Origin: the human T2T-CHM13v2.0 reference genome, Homo sapiens
NCBI RefSeq assembly: GCF_009914755.1
Contig: NC_060925.1
Strand: one strand, 5' to 3'
DNA: 64,000 bases
Shown here: piece by piece, positions 1-14,241 of the stretch
Layout: every line of letters starts with the position of its first letter
Position numbering within the stretch: position 1 is the stretch's first letter
Position numbers and translations under genes: made by a program
The notes under the pieces: model-generated
The model's database searches: none
The model's input: the letters and a program-made list of their open reading frames with translations, nothing else
What the model was told of the DNA's origin: nothing

Positions 1-251
1 GAATCAGATGAGGCCAGGAGTTTGAGACCAGCCTGGCCAACACGGCGAAACCCAGTCTCTACTAAAAATACAAAAAAAAAAAAAAAATTAGCTGGGTATG
101 GTGATGTCTGCCCATAATCCCAGCCACTTGGGAGGCTGAGGCATGAAAATCACTTGAACCTGGGAGGCGGCGGCTGCTGTGAGCCAAGATCATGCCACTG
201 CACCCCAGCATGGGAGACAGAGTGAGACTGTCTCAAAAAAAAAAAAAAAAA
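1..251 (+). mobile_element. Alu (cut by window edge)
   Basis: Alu consensus, A-rich linker and polyA tail. Confidence 0.95.
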
Positions 252-884
252 GTTAAGAGATGTGCTGTGTCTGAAAAAAAAAAAAAAGAACATCAATAAT
301 TGGAATTTAGAGCTTTTAGAATTGAAAAAATAATTATACAGATTTATGTATATCATAATAAAATTTGTCACCATATTTATGAGAAAAAGTTCTGGTAACC
401 TGAATTTGATTTGAAATGAGTTCCCCCCCCCCCGCCCAGATTGAAAACCTTCACCCACTTAATAAAGAAAATTCCAAGTTCATTTATGATTCAGAGACGT
501 ATAAATTTAAATTTGTTTTTGTATAGAAAACATGGGGAAATTTTTTTGAAGATGCAGTGTGCTTCACAGTGCTGGAATTGGAAAATGGAGACAAGATTGC
601 AGGTGATTCTGTGGTCCTGGGAAAGAACTGGCATATGCAGTCTTCATACATGCCAAGCCCTAGACCAAGAAGTTGGCATAACTTTGATTTGTCTTATTTG
701 TTTTTGCTAGGGGGTAAATGTGTTGGTCATAGTCTTTAGAAATTATTATACACTGAAAACAGATTCTTATTAGTATCCATTACAACCTTTTCATAAAAAG
801 CCATGCTATCTTAGAAAAGACCTATATTTTATTAGTGAATGTGAGAACCAAATGTACAAATAGGTGAATATGAGATTGTTTTGG

Positions 885-1192
885 GGCCAGGCGCAGAGGC
901 TTAAGCCTGTAATCCCAGCACTTTGGGAGGCCGAGGCAGGCAGATCACATCAGGTCAGGAGTTCGAGACCAGCCTGGCCAACATGGTGAAACCCCATCTC
1001 TATTAAAAATCCAAAAATTAGCCAGGTGTGGTGGTATGCGCCTGTAATCCCAGCTACTCGGGAGGCTGAGGCAGGAGACTCATTGGAATTGGAGTGAGTG
1101 AGCTGCACTCACAGCTGGAGCGCAGTGAGATCGTGTCACTGCACTCCAGCTTCGGTGACAGAAGAAGACTCTGTCTCAAAAAAAAAAAAAAA
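885..1192 (+). mobile_element. AluS with a rearranged right arm
   Basis: full Alu with TSD agattgtttt(t)gg; segment at about 1079-1127 is non-consensus. Confidence 0.93.
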
Positions 1193-1414
1193 GATTGTTT
1201 TGGGGGAATGGGAGCAGTATTTAATATGAAGCTATGATTGAGTTTTGCAAAGGTAGTTATAATTGAGATTGCAAAGACAAATCAAGAAATCCTATCTTCT
1301 AAAGTCATGTGGAGTCTTTAAGTTATTTTGTTATAGTCAAACAAGATGTGAAGATGACAATTAACTTTTAGAAGGTAGGTAATCTCATTGCTGTTTATGA
1401 GGATTTTAAGATAA

Positions 1415-1819
<405 letters not shown>

Positions 1820-1985
1820 ATTGTTGTCCCACTATATTTGATGCCCTTGACCAATACCACAAAATAGCCAGGCTGTAAAACTGAATTCTAATCATTTCTA
1901 GCCTTATCTCTAATGTCTTTGGTATTCATTTGTAAAAGTAAAGGGGCTCTTGAGTTTTGTAGAAGTTAAAAATGTGGGATTTGAA

Positions 1986-2191
1986 GCCAGGTACAGCAAC
2001 CTGGTGAAACCCTATCTCTACAAAAATACATAAGTCAGCCAGGTGTGTTGGTGTGTGCCTGTATGCCCAGCTACTCAGGAGGCTGAGGCAGGAGGATGGC
2101 TTGAGCTGGGGAGGTTGAGGCTGCAGTGAGCCATGATTACATCATTGTATTCCAGCCTGGGCAACAGAGCAAGACCCTGTCTCAAAAAAAA
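1986..2191 (+). mobile_element. partial AluJ
   Basis: deleted left arm, J-type right arm (gaggttgaggctgcagtgagccatgat). Confidence 0.85.
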
Positions 2192-2618
2192 TATGGGGAA
2201 TTTGGATTGAGGGCTTGATATCCAATGGATAAAAGAGAAAAGTCAAGGCTGGAGATTTAGGTACGGAAGTTATCTACATATGCAATGGCTGCAACTCTGA
2301 GGGGATAGGTGGAAGAGGATCTACCCAGAAGGCACTAAAGTGAGCTAAGAATAGAGGACTCCTAGAGGAAGCAATGTTGGGAACTGAACATGGAAGTCTT
2401 GCTTTTCTGGATGAAAACATCATGTATTAGACAACTTGGAACCATCTGAACTGTCAAGATGTCTTTGATTTTCTTTCTGGAGAAATCTCACCTTGGTATT
2501 CTATTGGAACTTTGCCAGTTGGCTTGAATCTGGCATTGAAGTTGGTTTAGTTACTGGAACAGAAACCAAAGCTTTGGTGCTGTGGAATGCAATATCTTTT
2601 AGCTCACGAAACAAGTTC

Positions 2619-2932
2619 TTTTTTTTTTTTTTTTTTGGAGACAGAGTCTTTTACTCTGTCACCCAGGCTAGAGTGCAATGGCACGATCTTGGCTCAATGC
2701 AACTTTCGCCTCCCAGGTTCAAGCCTCCTGCCTCAGCCTCCTGAACAGCTGGGATTACAGGCACCTGCCATCATGCCTGGCTAATTTTCGTATTTTTTTT
2801 TTTTTTTTTTTTAGCAGAGACAAGGTTTCACCATGTTCATCAGGCTGGTCTTGAGCTCCTGACCTCAGGTGATCCACCTGCCGTGGCCTCCCAAAGTGCT
2901 GGGATTACAGGCGTGAGCCACTGCACCCGACC
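2619..2932 (-). mobile_element. AluS
   Basis: antisense Alu with an expanded middle T run. Confidence 0.93.
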
Positions 2933-3667
2933 CAGACAAGTTATATTTTCAAAGGAAGCAAAAAACTATGAATTTACTTACGGTGGTGTGCTCAAGTCTG
3001 TGACATAAAATTCTTCTGCACTCAGAATGGTCATTGATAGGCTTTGCTAAAGAAGGCTTTATTGAACATTTGTAAGATGCCTTAAAAAAAAAAAAACATG
3101 ATGTAGAATTAAACTCCAAGATAGGACTTCCTTTTTCAGTTGTATCATTTATAGAATTAAGGAAATGAATTATTGTTCTCATTTAGATGTTTTGTTTTAA
3201 GGTTTTAAAACATATTATAGATGTTTTGGGTGTCAGAAAGAACAGTCATGAAAATCGTAAAAGCCATATAGAAAACCGTAATCCACTTAGAGATTATGTG
3301 TAGAGGGCAATATTTTTCTGTTTTGAAACAAACACATTTTTGAGGGGAGGCAGGTATTCAGGTGATCAGATTAGAAAAATACAAACCATGCGTTTTGTGT
3401 TTTATAGACTGTAATATTTCCATTCTGTTATTGTAATTTTATGAAATATAAGGTGGCTGATTATTTTATTGCATATTTGGCCTTTCATGTTAGAATTTGG
3501 AGCAGAGGATGTTGTAATTTTTTTCAGTCTAACACTAAAGCCAAAAAATATTCCGATCAGACAGTAAAAGTGATAATATGTGGATTTTTACCAGTGAATT
3601 GAAAAATGAGAGATTTTCACATATTATTCCTAGTATCCCAAATGATTTGCTGAAGAAGACAGAGAAA

Positions 3668-3800
3668 CAACTATTATTGAGAAATTCCAGGCACTGTTTT
3701 AACCTTATGTATGATTTTACTGGATCTTCACAACCATCTTGAAAGGTGAATATTATCTTCATTATTTTAGCTAGGCTCAAGTTAAGTGAGTTGCCCAGCA
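3668..3800 (-). mobile_element. MIR fragment
   Basis: ccaggcactgtttta...atcttcacaaccatcttgaaaggtgaatattatcttcatt...gttaagtgagttgccca. Confidence 0.65.
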
Positions 3801-4940
3801 GTGGTTGAGGGTGGGGAAGTGGTAGCCGGAAAATGCACACAGAATTTTGTCTAATGTATGTAGAAATAGTTCTCTCCTATAATTGAAATTTTATAAATAT
3901 GGAGATACTAATTATTTTATTGCATATTTTTGGTCTGAAAGTGGTAGAGCTGGATTTCAGATCCAGGCTGCTTAACTGTAAGGGTCTTGATTTTTATCAC
4001 TAAACTTTATCTGTTTTTGTTGCTTTCTGCTCGGATTTGTAACCAACCCAGAGCAGAAGCCTGGGATTCAGTATTTCTGATTTTCCACTTACAAACCTCC
4101 TACCTTTGTGGAAGGGCATATGTGTGTGTGTGAATTTTTTAATTTCTAAACTGGTGCAACTGGGAATGTCTGATAACAGTGAGAAAACGGAATTTTGAGG
4201 CATGGTCCATATTGTCATTCCAAGATTTTCCCCCAGTCAAGCTTTAGGAGTTGCATTGTCCAACAGAAATACCAAAGTGGGAGGGAAGGGGCCACAGGAG
4301 AAGTCAGCTAAACTTCTTGAGAGTTTTAGGGGCCGTCCCATGAAGGGCACATTATCGGAGTGAATGCTGATATGTCTGACGCACTTCCAAAAGAAGCCCG
4401 GATGCCTGAGACACTGAGTCAACTCCCTTTTGGAACTAGAAAATGAGACTTTCAGAGGCAGGAGCATAGATTAGAGTTATCCTCCTACGGGTGCCGTGTC
4501 TTTATCTACAGGAATGCCCTCTCAGATCAGAGCTCCACAGGGACTGAGCCTAGCATCTTTTGAAATGGCAGTACTGAGAACTCACTTTGCAATTTAAAAA
4601 AATCCTGTTTATTTAAAGTTTTATTATGGGAAATTTTAATCATACCCCAAAGCAGAGAGAATATAATGAATCTCTCCGTATCCAGTAGGCCAAGGAAAAA
4701 CCAAGCTTCATGAATAGGTGATGACTAAAAGGAAAATAAGTTTGAATGGTTAATAAAAACTTTGCTATGAAAGAAACTGGCATGAAGTAAAACTGTGAAG
4801 TAGGCTAATGAGTACTGCTTGTTGCTTTACCCTGTTTCAAAATCCTCTTTCCCAAGGCCCCCTACTTCCCACAGCTGCCTCTGGCCACCTAGGTCTGCTT
4901 CACCTGTACACCACCCCCAGACCCCACATTCTCCTTATGA

Positions 4941-5415
<475 letters not shown>

Positions 5416-5918
5416 TGACCCTCATCCCTATCAGGTTTATTGAGATGAGTCCTCCCTTAGCTCCACTGACCATTGCTGTTACTGCTTCGAGTGATAAGCC
5501 TGACTTTGAGACAGGAGGTGGGAACAATGTCTGAGGATGCTGAATTTGATACTTCTGCTTCTGTATTTCCTCCACCACCCCCGGAATACAGCCAGAGGAA
5601 GGAGCAGAACAGACATTGAAAAGGTTCTTCGGGAAAGGTTATTTTTAGGGGCCGTCTTGCCAAGACTGCTTCCGGGGAATTTATTTAGACACAGCAGGCC
5701 CCTGCCCTGTTAAAGATGTGAATTCCCACATATCTGGGAATGTTCTGGGTAGCCTCAGAAAAGTGCTGGGGGGCCTTTCATTTTAACCCTGAAAGATGAG
5801 AGATGGTGTGAGGAGCAGCACAGTAGCCGGTGACCTTGGGCAAGTCACTTCATCTGTCAGGGCCTCTGTTCCTTATGAAATGAACTGACACCAAGGTGGC
5901 TGGAGTAATTTCAGAGGT

Positions 5919-6048
5919 GGGGTGACCCTATCTCCAGGTTTGTCTGGGACAATCCCAGTTTGTGGCTTTTGTCCCAGAGGAATTATAAATAGCACCTCCT
6001 TTGACTCTCAGAAGTGGCTCAGTTTAGACTACAAACTTTGGTCTCCCT
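5919..6048. mobile_element. MER94-like hAT-Blackjack MITE
   Basis: termini ggggtgacc / ggtctccct; internal ggtttgtctgggacaatcccagttt. Confidence 0.75.
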
Positions 6049-9000
6049 GTTCTGAGGACATACACAGGCAGCCTCATGGAAGGTTAAACTCATATTGACA
6101 CCCAAGTGACTTTTTTTTTCCCCCAAGTAATTTGTACATAGGGTAGTAATGCCTTTTCTGAAAGTGCTGGCCTATTTCTGGAACTTTAAAAATGGAAACA
6201 TTGGTGAAGTGAGATTTTTAATACTTTGAGATATATGTATATATATCTCATATATAGTCTAGTAATTCTGAATCTTTTAATTCATAAATCTTTTAGAAGA
6301 CCAAGCTTTGTAGAACACCGTGAAAGTGAGCCCTGTGACTGGAGGGCTGTGGGGCCACCAGCCCGGCTGAGTCCTCCTGCGGGCCAGGTTGCCCTCTGAA
6401 ACGGGGTTGACTGTTATACTTTTGGTTTTGTATTATATGCTATGTATATGGTTTTATAAATGTCATTTATACTTACACTTTAGACAATTTGATGTTAATA
6501 TGGGCCAGGCATTAATGACACTTATTTTACACATCTGCAAAATGAAGAGTTAAACCTTATTTAAAGATCTGGACCAGTTACCAAAGTCCTGTCTGTAGAT
6601 TTGCTCTTTTGACAGTATGTCTTTTCTGAAAATTATAAGAATTTATTTCTATGTTCAGGCACTTGAAAATCTAGCAGTGAAATGGTGACAAATGTATTTA
6701 CTGTGTGATAAATCATGTTGAATAGAACAAGTTCCCTCATTTCTATAATGAGACACAGGTAGGGCTGTCACCATGGAGGCCTTTAAGAACTTGGTAGGGA
6801 AGCAGGAAAAATCATGTCAGAAATGCCTGATGTGTGACGGTGAGTTCTATTGCTGTAACTGGTATCTGCGTAACTGGATATTAAGGACTCTAAAGGATTT
6901 CTATTCTGCAGTCCTAGGATAGGGCAGTCTGTACCCTTTCCAGTAGGATTTTAAAATGTGATATCAAAACAGGGATTTGAATGTGAAGCTGTAAAAAAAG
7001 TCTTGAAGTAGCGCTTCATTGAGCAAAATTAACTTCAGAACGCTAGGATTGCTGGATTGGATCCAAGTTAAGTCGTTTTTTTCCCCCTCCATTAGGAATA
7101 TGGACGATTAATGAAGTAAAGCTAGCCGACATCATTACAGACAACTAGGGAAGGGCAAAGAAAATAACTTAGAAATCTAGGCTAATGAATGTTTATGCTC
7201 TCCTGAATTATTGTTTAAAGATATGTATTTAAATAATTGCGTAAGAAATACCTGTTTATTGTAGAATATTTAGGAAATATTACATTTTAAAATTAGAAGT
7301 TTTTAAATATTAAAAAAGTCACAACCTGGAGAAAACAAGTGTGTACATTTTGCCGAGTGCCTACTAGCTCACTTTATGCTATAGTCTAGAAGCATCTATT
7401 TATGTATTTTATACTCTAATATGCTATGGTCTGAAATGGCTCCAGATGTAAAGACTTTATTACCCATTTTCCTGAATACCAGTCAGCAGGAGCCCTGGGG
7501 AAGAACTCTTGGTGGAGGAAATCCCAGCTTGATTCCCTCCGGTGTGGAGTTGGCAGGAACATTGGAAATGCCCAGCTTCTCTGTTTTTATTGCATATGTT
7601 AATCAGAGTTTTCCCCATATGTAGGGGAAAGCTATAGCTGTACCTGACTGTGGGCTGTTCCTTACTTAGAATTGTTCTCTGGTCTGGGACAGCAATGCAG
7701 AGAATATGGTGTATTACAGAGAGCTGTTTCATTCTAAATGAATGCTTGCATCTCTGTGTGTAGGCAGCCATTTATTTGGGTCCCTGAAAATAGTAGCAGT
7801 ATGGTGAACTTAAATTAAAGAATATTTATTTTGCTGTCTGTGTAGTACAAGCTGCTTCCCCAGTTGCCGGATGGGTTGAGAGGAGAATCATCAGTGTGCT
7901 TTTCTTTTAGCTTGAATTCATCCCTAAGAAGAGAATGAGGAAAGTACAATAAATGCTGCTGCTGCTGCCTAAAACTGAGCAACAGTTGGGTCTGCCCTGT
8001 CACAGAGCCACATCTTGCACGTAATTACCCAGGCTCCAAGGGAACAAGTTATTTTGAGAAGCATAGCTCAGGATCAATCAGATGTAAGGCTGTTTGTTGG
8101 GAGCCTTAATATGGTTACTTACCAGAAAGTCCTCAAAGGAATTCTCCACGTAGTTTGTGCCAGCCTGGGGGAGGCAGGTGTGACCCCACACAACATTCAG
8201 CTAGTGGCTAAGTCAGGCTCCTGGCTTAGAAAATCTTGAAGCTCAAATGACCAGGCACCAATAGCTTTCATGCGTTCCTTTGGGCCTACTACCTTTTTTT
8301 TTTTTTTTTTTTTTTTTGCCTTTTAGAGCAAACATGTCTTAGACTTTGATTCTAAAGATAATTTGATTTGGTTAGTTTAACATATGCTTCTAGCCCTAAA
8401 ATAGTTTGGGAAGAATCTTCATATTTCTAGTCTTAACTCTTGAATTTAACAGTTAAAAGGTGGGGGAAGGGTTTCATCAGGATCATTTGCTAACCCTCAT
8501 TTAGGAGAGATAATGCTCTATCTTTTTTTTTTTTTAATAATTAAAATCTTCCTTCAAGAATTTTAAAACGCCCTTGGAATTAATGTAGAGCTAGATTGAA
8601 TTGCAAACTAGCTTCAGGAATCCACAGCTCCGAATGTTTGGTGACCTTGTTATGTTGCTTCACTCTAATTTGAGGATTAAAGACAGGTAGAGATAAGTAA
8701 TTGCAGCTGAAAAATCAGAATTAGGAGACTGAGTATTAAGGACTCCTGCAAATGGTAATAAAATGTTTGTAGGAAATTTTCTTAAGCAGGAAGGAAATTA
8801 ACAGATGGAAATACTTTAGCTTCTTGATAAATGTAAGATCTTTATGAAATAGGAAAAATGCTAAATAATTCAACCCAAATTTAGTATTATTTATGGTGAT
8901 CAGGATAAGAGGGAACATGAGGATGCATACGGAGTTTTAAATGTAGAATTTGATGTGGAAAAGGAACTGCCTCAAGCTTCAACTTAAGACAGTCGTTAGT

Positions 9001-9109
9001 TTCACAGGACAAGGGAAGCGTACTGTAATTTGAGATCAACATATGATGGACTTCAGTTCTGTGTATCATTCCTGTGTATTAATCACTCTCTGTCTTCATG
9101 GAAGTTGAG

Positions 9110-10092
9110 TGTGGAAAAAACTCAAACTGTGTTTTCTCTTCTCACACCACAACAGTCAACCCAGAAGACTTCTGTGACCAAATGTGTGTGGTCTCCTCCC
9201 ACTTTCCGCCACCCTGTACACCAAGCAGGCAATCTGTACACCAGCTGGGTGTACTCCAGTGTATTTGATTCTGACACTGTCCGTTTGGTGATAGCACCGG
9301 ATCCCACAGGTTGAGGGCTCAGTCCCTCAAGACTGCCCCCCTTCAGACACCATCTCAAGTCCAGGCCTCCAGAACTAATGACCAACCAACTTAAAATTGG
9401 GGTTCTCATGCCTCTTTGGGTTTGATCAATTTGCTAGAGCAGCTCACAGAACTCAAGGAAACAGGTACGTATATTTACTGGCTTATGATATGAGAGATTT
9501 AAAAGGATACTGATGAGGAGATGCATAGGGTGAGGTATGGGGGAAAGGGGTGCATAGCTTCTATGCCCTCCCCAGCAGGTCGCCCTCCAGGAACCTCCAC
9601 GTGTTCAGTTAACCTGGAAGCTCTCCAAACTCCATCCTCGTGGGCTTTTGAAGGAGACCTCACTGGATAGGCATAATTGAAGCTTGGAGAACCGTGGGGA
9701 AATGTGATTGGACAAAAAGGCTGTGATCTAATACTAATAGGCTGAGTGGGAAAATCCCCGCAAGGCCTGTCTGTTCAGACTCTTCTTAGCCTGTCTGTGC
9801 AGCCTTCGTTTCTCCCAGGTTTGTGGCAGGACTCCTTCTGAAATGAGGGTCTTATGACCGACAGTCAGATAAGGTAGGTCAGATCATTGCTTTACGGCCA
9901 GCTCCAAGCCAGAAAGACAAGGGAAAATTAGAGTCCCTCCAGGGAAAGCCTGCTCCTGAGGCCTGAGCCACCCTAGCATGACAGCAAAAGACTGTAACAA
10001 GGGCTATGAGAGTTATGAGCCAAGAACAATGGATAAAACATATAAATATATACCTGTGTGTGTATAAATATATATATATATAAAATATCACA
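9110..10092 (-). mobile_element. MER21A-like solo LTR
   Basis: TG...CA ends; minus strand begins tgtgatattttatatata...ttcttggctcataactctcatagcccttgttacagtctttt. Confidence 0.8.
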
Positions 10093-11543
10093 GAAACTAC
10101 TAAAATTTATATCAGAAAATGAATATTTTAGCTTATTGGAATGTGGGACTCTTCTTAGAAGAAAGACCCAGAAAGTATTAAAATACAATTCTCAAATAAA
10201 AGTAGAATCATGACTGTCATACAAATATAAAGATGAGTATTTAAACATGTTCTTCAACTCATTAATGAGGAAACTGGTAAGCCGTTACAACCGGTCCAAA
10301 AGAGCATCCAAAGGGTAAGACACATTTGTGGAGCAGGAATGAAATGAATGTGCACATGGAGGGGCCCTTTTTTCTGTGGGAGGTGGAGTGTCCCTCTACT
10401 TTGATTTATTTGAATGTCTGTAGACAGAATTATTTTGCATTGCTATCAGTTGTCTGTGACCTGTAGATTTGTAGAAGAGCCTAGAAGGGCTGCTTATGGA
10501 CAATGCAGAAGTTTCCCGTTGGAGCATAGATTTTTCCCTGTATAAAGTTGCCTTATCAGGCATTTCACCTTTCCAAATTCCATAGTTTCCATCCTTTCTG
10601 GAAGTTATGGGGGTGATTCCATATATCGGAGAGGTCATTCCTCAAACCAGTATTAGTCGGGGCTAGATTTGGCTTTGTTGAAAACCCTGAAAAGAGTGTT
10701 TCCTGTTATACAGTCTCAGAGCTTAGTGCCTTTCTTTCTGTATTTTGAATAGCCCATGGACTAAATGGAAATCAGTCTTGTGAGCCTGGCAGTGGAAGCC
10801 TGAAATTTGTGATGCAGAATTTGATTAAAACCAGACCTGGATAAGACAATCTTTTCAAGTGCTGGGAGAACCATCTTTAACCTCTCCACTTAAAGTGTCA
10901 TCCATTAGCCTGATTCTATTTTTAGATACCCTCAGCTGTGAGGTTGCCTGTTATTTTTGCAAGGTATTTTCTTTTTTTTTTTCTTGGCAAGATTATAGAA
11001 TCTTTCTTAACATTTAAGGATTCTGTAGTTAAGTTTGACATGATAATAAGAAATTTTAAAAACCTGGAACTTGAGCAGATACACATTTTTAGCTTCTCAG
11101 GTTTCTTTTTATTAAAAAAAATGTTGACTTGTATCCTCTTTGATTGGTTCCAGAAAGTCTGACAAATGGATCTTATTCAACAAATAGTTACTGAATGCCA
11201 CTGTGTTCTGGGCACTGTCCAGAGCCCAAAACAAAGATCCCTGCTTCTCTGTGTGTCACTTTCACCAGCATTTCTTAGAATGTTCAAATGGTGGTGGTCA
11301 TGGGGCCTCGGAAAATGCTTGAGTTGTTTGTGAGCTTTCCTACCCTTTAATTTGAGATCATTAGATATACAATGGCATTGGGTAGAAAGAGACTCTGAAT
11401 CCTGCATCCAGGCAGAGTTTGTTGGGGGAGAATCAACAGAACAGAAGGCTGCCTCTCTTTCTCTTACCTTGTCTTTGGGTATGTATCAGTGTATATTTCA
11501 GTGTCTATATCAATGTAACTGGAACTCAAGCTATTATTTTACT

Positions 11544-11590
11544 CATTACTTTTGATGGTAAAAACTGCAATTACTTTTGCACCAACCTAA
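11544..11590. mobile_element. half MADE1 (Hsmar1 mariner MITE)
   Basis: cattacttttgatggtaaaaactgcaattacttttgcaccaacctaa followed by TA; the other terminal inverted repeat is absent. Confidence 0.88.
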
Positions 11591-12502
11591 TAAAAGCAGC
11601 TTTTTGATACTGTTGAAGTTCCACTTTATTTATAACTGAGATCATCACAGTTTAAACTTGGAAGTATTGAAAACTTTAACAGGTACAAGCTCTGTGTGTG
11701 CGAATGCAGGCGCACCTGCTGGGTGCTGGGTTTTCTGAGTGATGGCAGAGGTGAATAAGGCAGGATTAGAGACTACCTTGTGTTGGGTTTTTTGATTAAT
11801 AATATGTATGCATACAGACATGTAACAGCCTGGGAAGCCGGTTGTGGGTCTTCCTTTTGCAATGGAAAGCAATGGGATTTGCCTTTTTACAAGAGTTAAT
11901 TTTAAGGCTCTTTGGACATGGTGTATTATGAACCAAGTCATGATTCAAATGTCACCCATTATTTTAATTGTCCCTTAATAATAAGTTTATTTCAATTGCA
12001 TGGGCAATATTTTTGCCCCCTATAGGTAAAAAAGGATGTTCTGAACACTTTCTAACCAGAGGAAATGAAGATATGTTAATGATGCTCTTTGCTCTCCAGC
12101 AGGGGTATGAATACTTGTGATGAATCTGGAAAAGATGAAGAATTGGCAGGGTTCTGGATTCTTAGATCAGAGACCTTCTTGCACCCCTTTTCTTTCTGCA
12201 GCAATATTCCATGAATTGTGCTAAGCAACAGCATGTTTTTCCTTAGTTATTGGAGGCGGAATATCTCCTATGCTCAAGTAGGCTTAAATCGTGACTATAG
12301 GCTGTCTTTATTTTTCTGAGCAATCTCGCCCTACCTGAGTAAGATTTTAGAATGATTTAATTCTCTTTCAGTTTCAACCCCACGGCACCACTCAAGTTTC
12401 TTGGAATTGCCGTCGCTGATTGCTCTTCTTTGTATTTCTATGGCACATAGAAATGTTTCCTAGTCGCTTATAATCCATCATACCTCACAGCAAACTAATT
12501 GA

Positions 12503-12858
<356 letters not shown>

Positions 12859-14061
12859 TAATGCATTTCTTGGGGGAGGGAACAAACCACAGAGAGATGA
12901 GCTGACTTGTCCACACTAGACACTAAGCAGGTCACGAAGCCAGGGTTCAGATTTAAGGCCTGTGTTTTTTTAGGGATTGCTGGACTGAGCTGTTGCATAC
13001 CATGTTATCTAACAGGACCTTGGAGACCAAGCAGAGATTCGTGGGCAGAGAATAAAAGGGCTGCTGCGTAGTTAGATGCCTAATTATGTAAGTTATGAGA
13101 ACATTAAGGCCTCAAATGGACTTCCAGGACATCCTGATAATTGATTGTAGCACAAGCAAAATCCTTGGGATTAACACACTCATTTACATAATCCTTACTT
13201 TGATTAAATTTTTAAAATTTTGTGTGGATAGTTGAAAGGTGTATCTGAGTACTTGGCAACATTGAAGATTTGGAGGGATATTTTCAAAGTCATGATTATT
13301 CAGTTTTCGTTGTGCTGAGTGGTTAGTCACCAGTATGAGTGGCTTGTGGATCTAGAGAACTTCCTTGATATTAGTGTAGACTTTCTTGATTTTAATGTAG
13401 ATGCCAACACTCTCTAAACGTTTTTCAAGACGGTTGAGTGTCTGAACATTTAAATGTAAGGTTGCTGCTGGTGATTCTGGGGCAGCTCATTGGTTGAGAT
13501 GTTACTGCTTCCAGCGCAGTTCGTGTGATGTATGTACCTTTTGGGCCTTGCTGGCTGGGGGTATTGAGACGCTCTGTAGTGAACCAGTATGTTCTGCTCC
13601 ACGCAGATTGCAGGACTTTTTGCCCTCACAGACGGTTAGGCCACCTACTCTCTATGAGGGCAGAGCCTCCTTTCTTAAGGGTAAAACGGAAATTGCATTT
13701 ACTTTGGAGAGACGGCTTTGACCTTCCTCTTCCACTTTAGTCAGTGATTTTTACGACATATGCAGCTTTCCAGAGCCTCCTTACTTTTCTAATATTTAGA
13801 AAGAACCAGGAAACCGATTAGAGGTAATCTTGGCAAATTGGGAATTTGTGAAGTGGAAAAGAACACTATTAAAGTGATGGCTGTAAATAGAAAAATAAAT
13901 GGAGCATTTTTAGAACAGCAGTTTAACAGAGCTGTGGTTTCCAGTAGTTTCACACGAGAGGGTGTTCAGAACCATCGTGATACAGGTAGTGTTGGCCGGC
14001 CTCTTTCTTCTCCTCTCAATAATCTTTTGAACTATTTCATAAAGCTGATCATGACAAATGA

Positions 14062-14062
<1 letters not shown>

Positions 14063-14122
<60 letters not shown>

Positions 14123-14241
14123 TATATATGTATATATATGTATATATGTATATATACGTATATATGTATATATATACACGTATATATATACGTGTATATA
14201 TATATATACGTGTGTGTATATATATATATATGTATGTATAT
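14063..14241. repeat. compound microsatellite (TA)18(CA)11 plus degenerate TA/TG/CG
   Basis: direct reading; alternating purine-pyrimidine tract. Confidence 0.97.

Noticed and set aside
8396-8404. CTAAAATAG as a MEF2 site
   Set aside because: One A/T short of the 10-bp consensus.
10093-10335. Possible ERV internal fragment next to the MER21-like LTR
   Set aside because: It resembles retroviral-internal sequence, but I cannot assign a family without a search.
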